A stretch of 64,000 nt of DNA from Octopus vulgaris (lineage: Eukaryota). The DNA is taken from positions 57,536,001-57,600,000 of the forward strand of contig OX597827.1 of NCBI GenBank assembly GCA_951406725.2, read 5' to 3'. A program made the translations under genes and the position numbers. Below are positions 62,455 through 64,000 of the stretch, piece by piece. Under the pieces are notes generated by a model that ran no database searches, had not been told where the DNA came from, and was given only the letters and a program-made list of their open reading frames with translations. The first letter of the stretch is position 1, and the number at the start of each line of letters is the position of its first letter.

Positions 62455-64000
62455 CTGCAAAAAAATTTTAAAATTTCTTTTTAATTACAGAATGACACTC
62501 AAAATTGTAACAAACTAATTTTTGTCTCCAAATGAATGCACACATAAGAGTGATCTATCTTCTTAATTTGTAACCAAATGTTTTAGAAATTGATCCATTT
62601 TAACCATTCCCTGAGGATAGTTGAGGGGAAAAAATAGAAATTTAGCATTAAAGCCTGCTGTTTGGTATCCATGAGAAGGGGAGTTCTTAAAGTTAATGTG
62701 AAAACAGAGAAAAGTATAAATGTGCATTCATGTGAATTAGGGTGTGAAAATTAAAAATAAATAAAAACTATTGGAGAGAAAAATTGTTTGTGAAAATATA
62801 TGAAGTACAATGGTAGGGATAGGTGGATGGATTACAGTTCACATGATACTGCTACAACCGTTGAGTGACAACCTTTTGGTAAGGTACATAACTCTGTGAG
62901 GACTTAGTGTTTGTGAATAACACTTATTTCACAGATGAGCATTTTGTGAAGTGTCAACTATGAAAAGAATAGCTGTAGCAATAACAGTCTCAATACTATT
63001 TTTACTGTTATTTGCATGAGGCAAATAATACATGTAAAATATCAAAAATTAGATTGATATTTTTTTATATTTTAGATTTCTTTTTTAACCCTAAAGCATT
63101 CAGATTTCTCAAGTTTAATGTCTGTTTATTCACATTGATATGAATTAGTCATGCATTACCTTGTAGCTTTGCGATTTCAATGACATGATTGCTTAGTTTT
63201 AGAATATCAGATCCATGAAGACGTACAAAAGCAGACACTAAAATGATGATTAATTAGGCTGTGTATTTCAATAAATATAAGGTTACAAAATGGTGAGGAA
63301 GTCAATAGATAGAGCTTCTTTTGTCAGACTTGCAGTAATTTTAACATAAAAACTGAAGACAGGTGTCAAAACCGTGATGATAGAAAATATAAAAATGCCT
63401 AGATCAAAGTTCTCAATCATTTATGTACTGGAGTCAATATTTTCCAATTAGTGAAGGCATGTGAGGAAAATAACTCAAAAATATATTCTCCAAATGGCAG
63501 AGTAGCAGTATGGAGAACCCTGCTCTAGATATTATGCACACAGTGATGATATCAACTTCTCAGACTATTTGCAACACCTGTAGACTTGGTTAATTCCTAT
63601 TCTTAACACATCAATATAATAAAGAGGAAAAGAAAATATATTTCTTGCGATATCACCATTCAAAACAGAAAAATATGACATAAACTTGTAACTACGAACA
63701 GTCATATTCTTTTCAACTCTATGCACAAGGCCCAAAATTTGGGAGGATGGGACCAGTCGATAAGATCAACCCCAGTACGCAACTGGTACTTAATTTATCA
63801 ACCCTAAAAGGATGAAAGGCAAAGTAGACCTCAGCCGAATTTGAACTTACAATGTAGACAGACGAAATACCGCGAAGCATTTCGCCCGGTGTGCTAACAA
63901 TTCTAACAGCTCACCAATAATAATAATAATCCTTTCTACTATAGGCAACAAGGTCTGACATTTGGTAGGAGAGGGCCAGTTGAACAGATGTACTCCAGTA

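Noticed and set aside
63490-63580. Further ZFYVE28 exon after a CTACAG acceptor-like site
   Set aside because: The translation does not resemble the expected upstream Lst2 segment

Overview
AT-rich, repeat-dense eukaryotic DNA; the tRNA-derived SINE families and (TA)n/(CA)n microsatellites look like an octopus (cephalopod) genome (inference). Three spliced genes were assembled by hand from GT-AG junctions with consistent phases. (1) The last four coding exons of PLPBP/PROSC (+, 3548-8521). (2) A complete candidate six-exon gene (+, 16175-41442, 455 aa) encoding Macro domain - linker - C3HC4 RING - Deltex C-terminal (DTC) domain, i.e. a DTX3L-like E3 ligase with its own macrodomain. (3) The last seven coding exons of ZFYVE28/Lst2 (-, 62454-49478), convergent with gene 2. 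The rest is mostly transposon debris: SINEs, mariner relics, hAT/piggyBac/Merlin-like MITEs, non-autonomous Helitrons, a Gypsy integrase plus LTR fragment, and Penelope-like remnants with hammerhead-ribozyme motifs. The most notable items are the Macro-RING-DTC single-chain protein, a CRESS-virus Rep-like N-terminal fragment next to a TAATATTAC nonanucleotide inside a satellite at the window start, and several hammerhead-bearing foldback elements. Most entries in the ORF track are spurious. Repeat boundaries are approximate.
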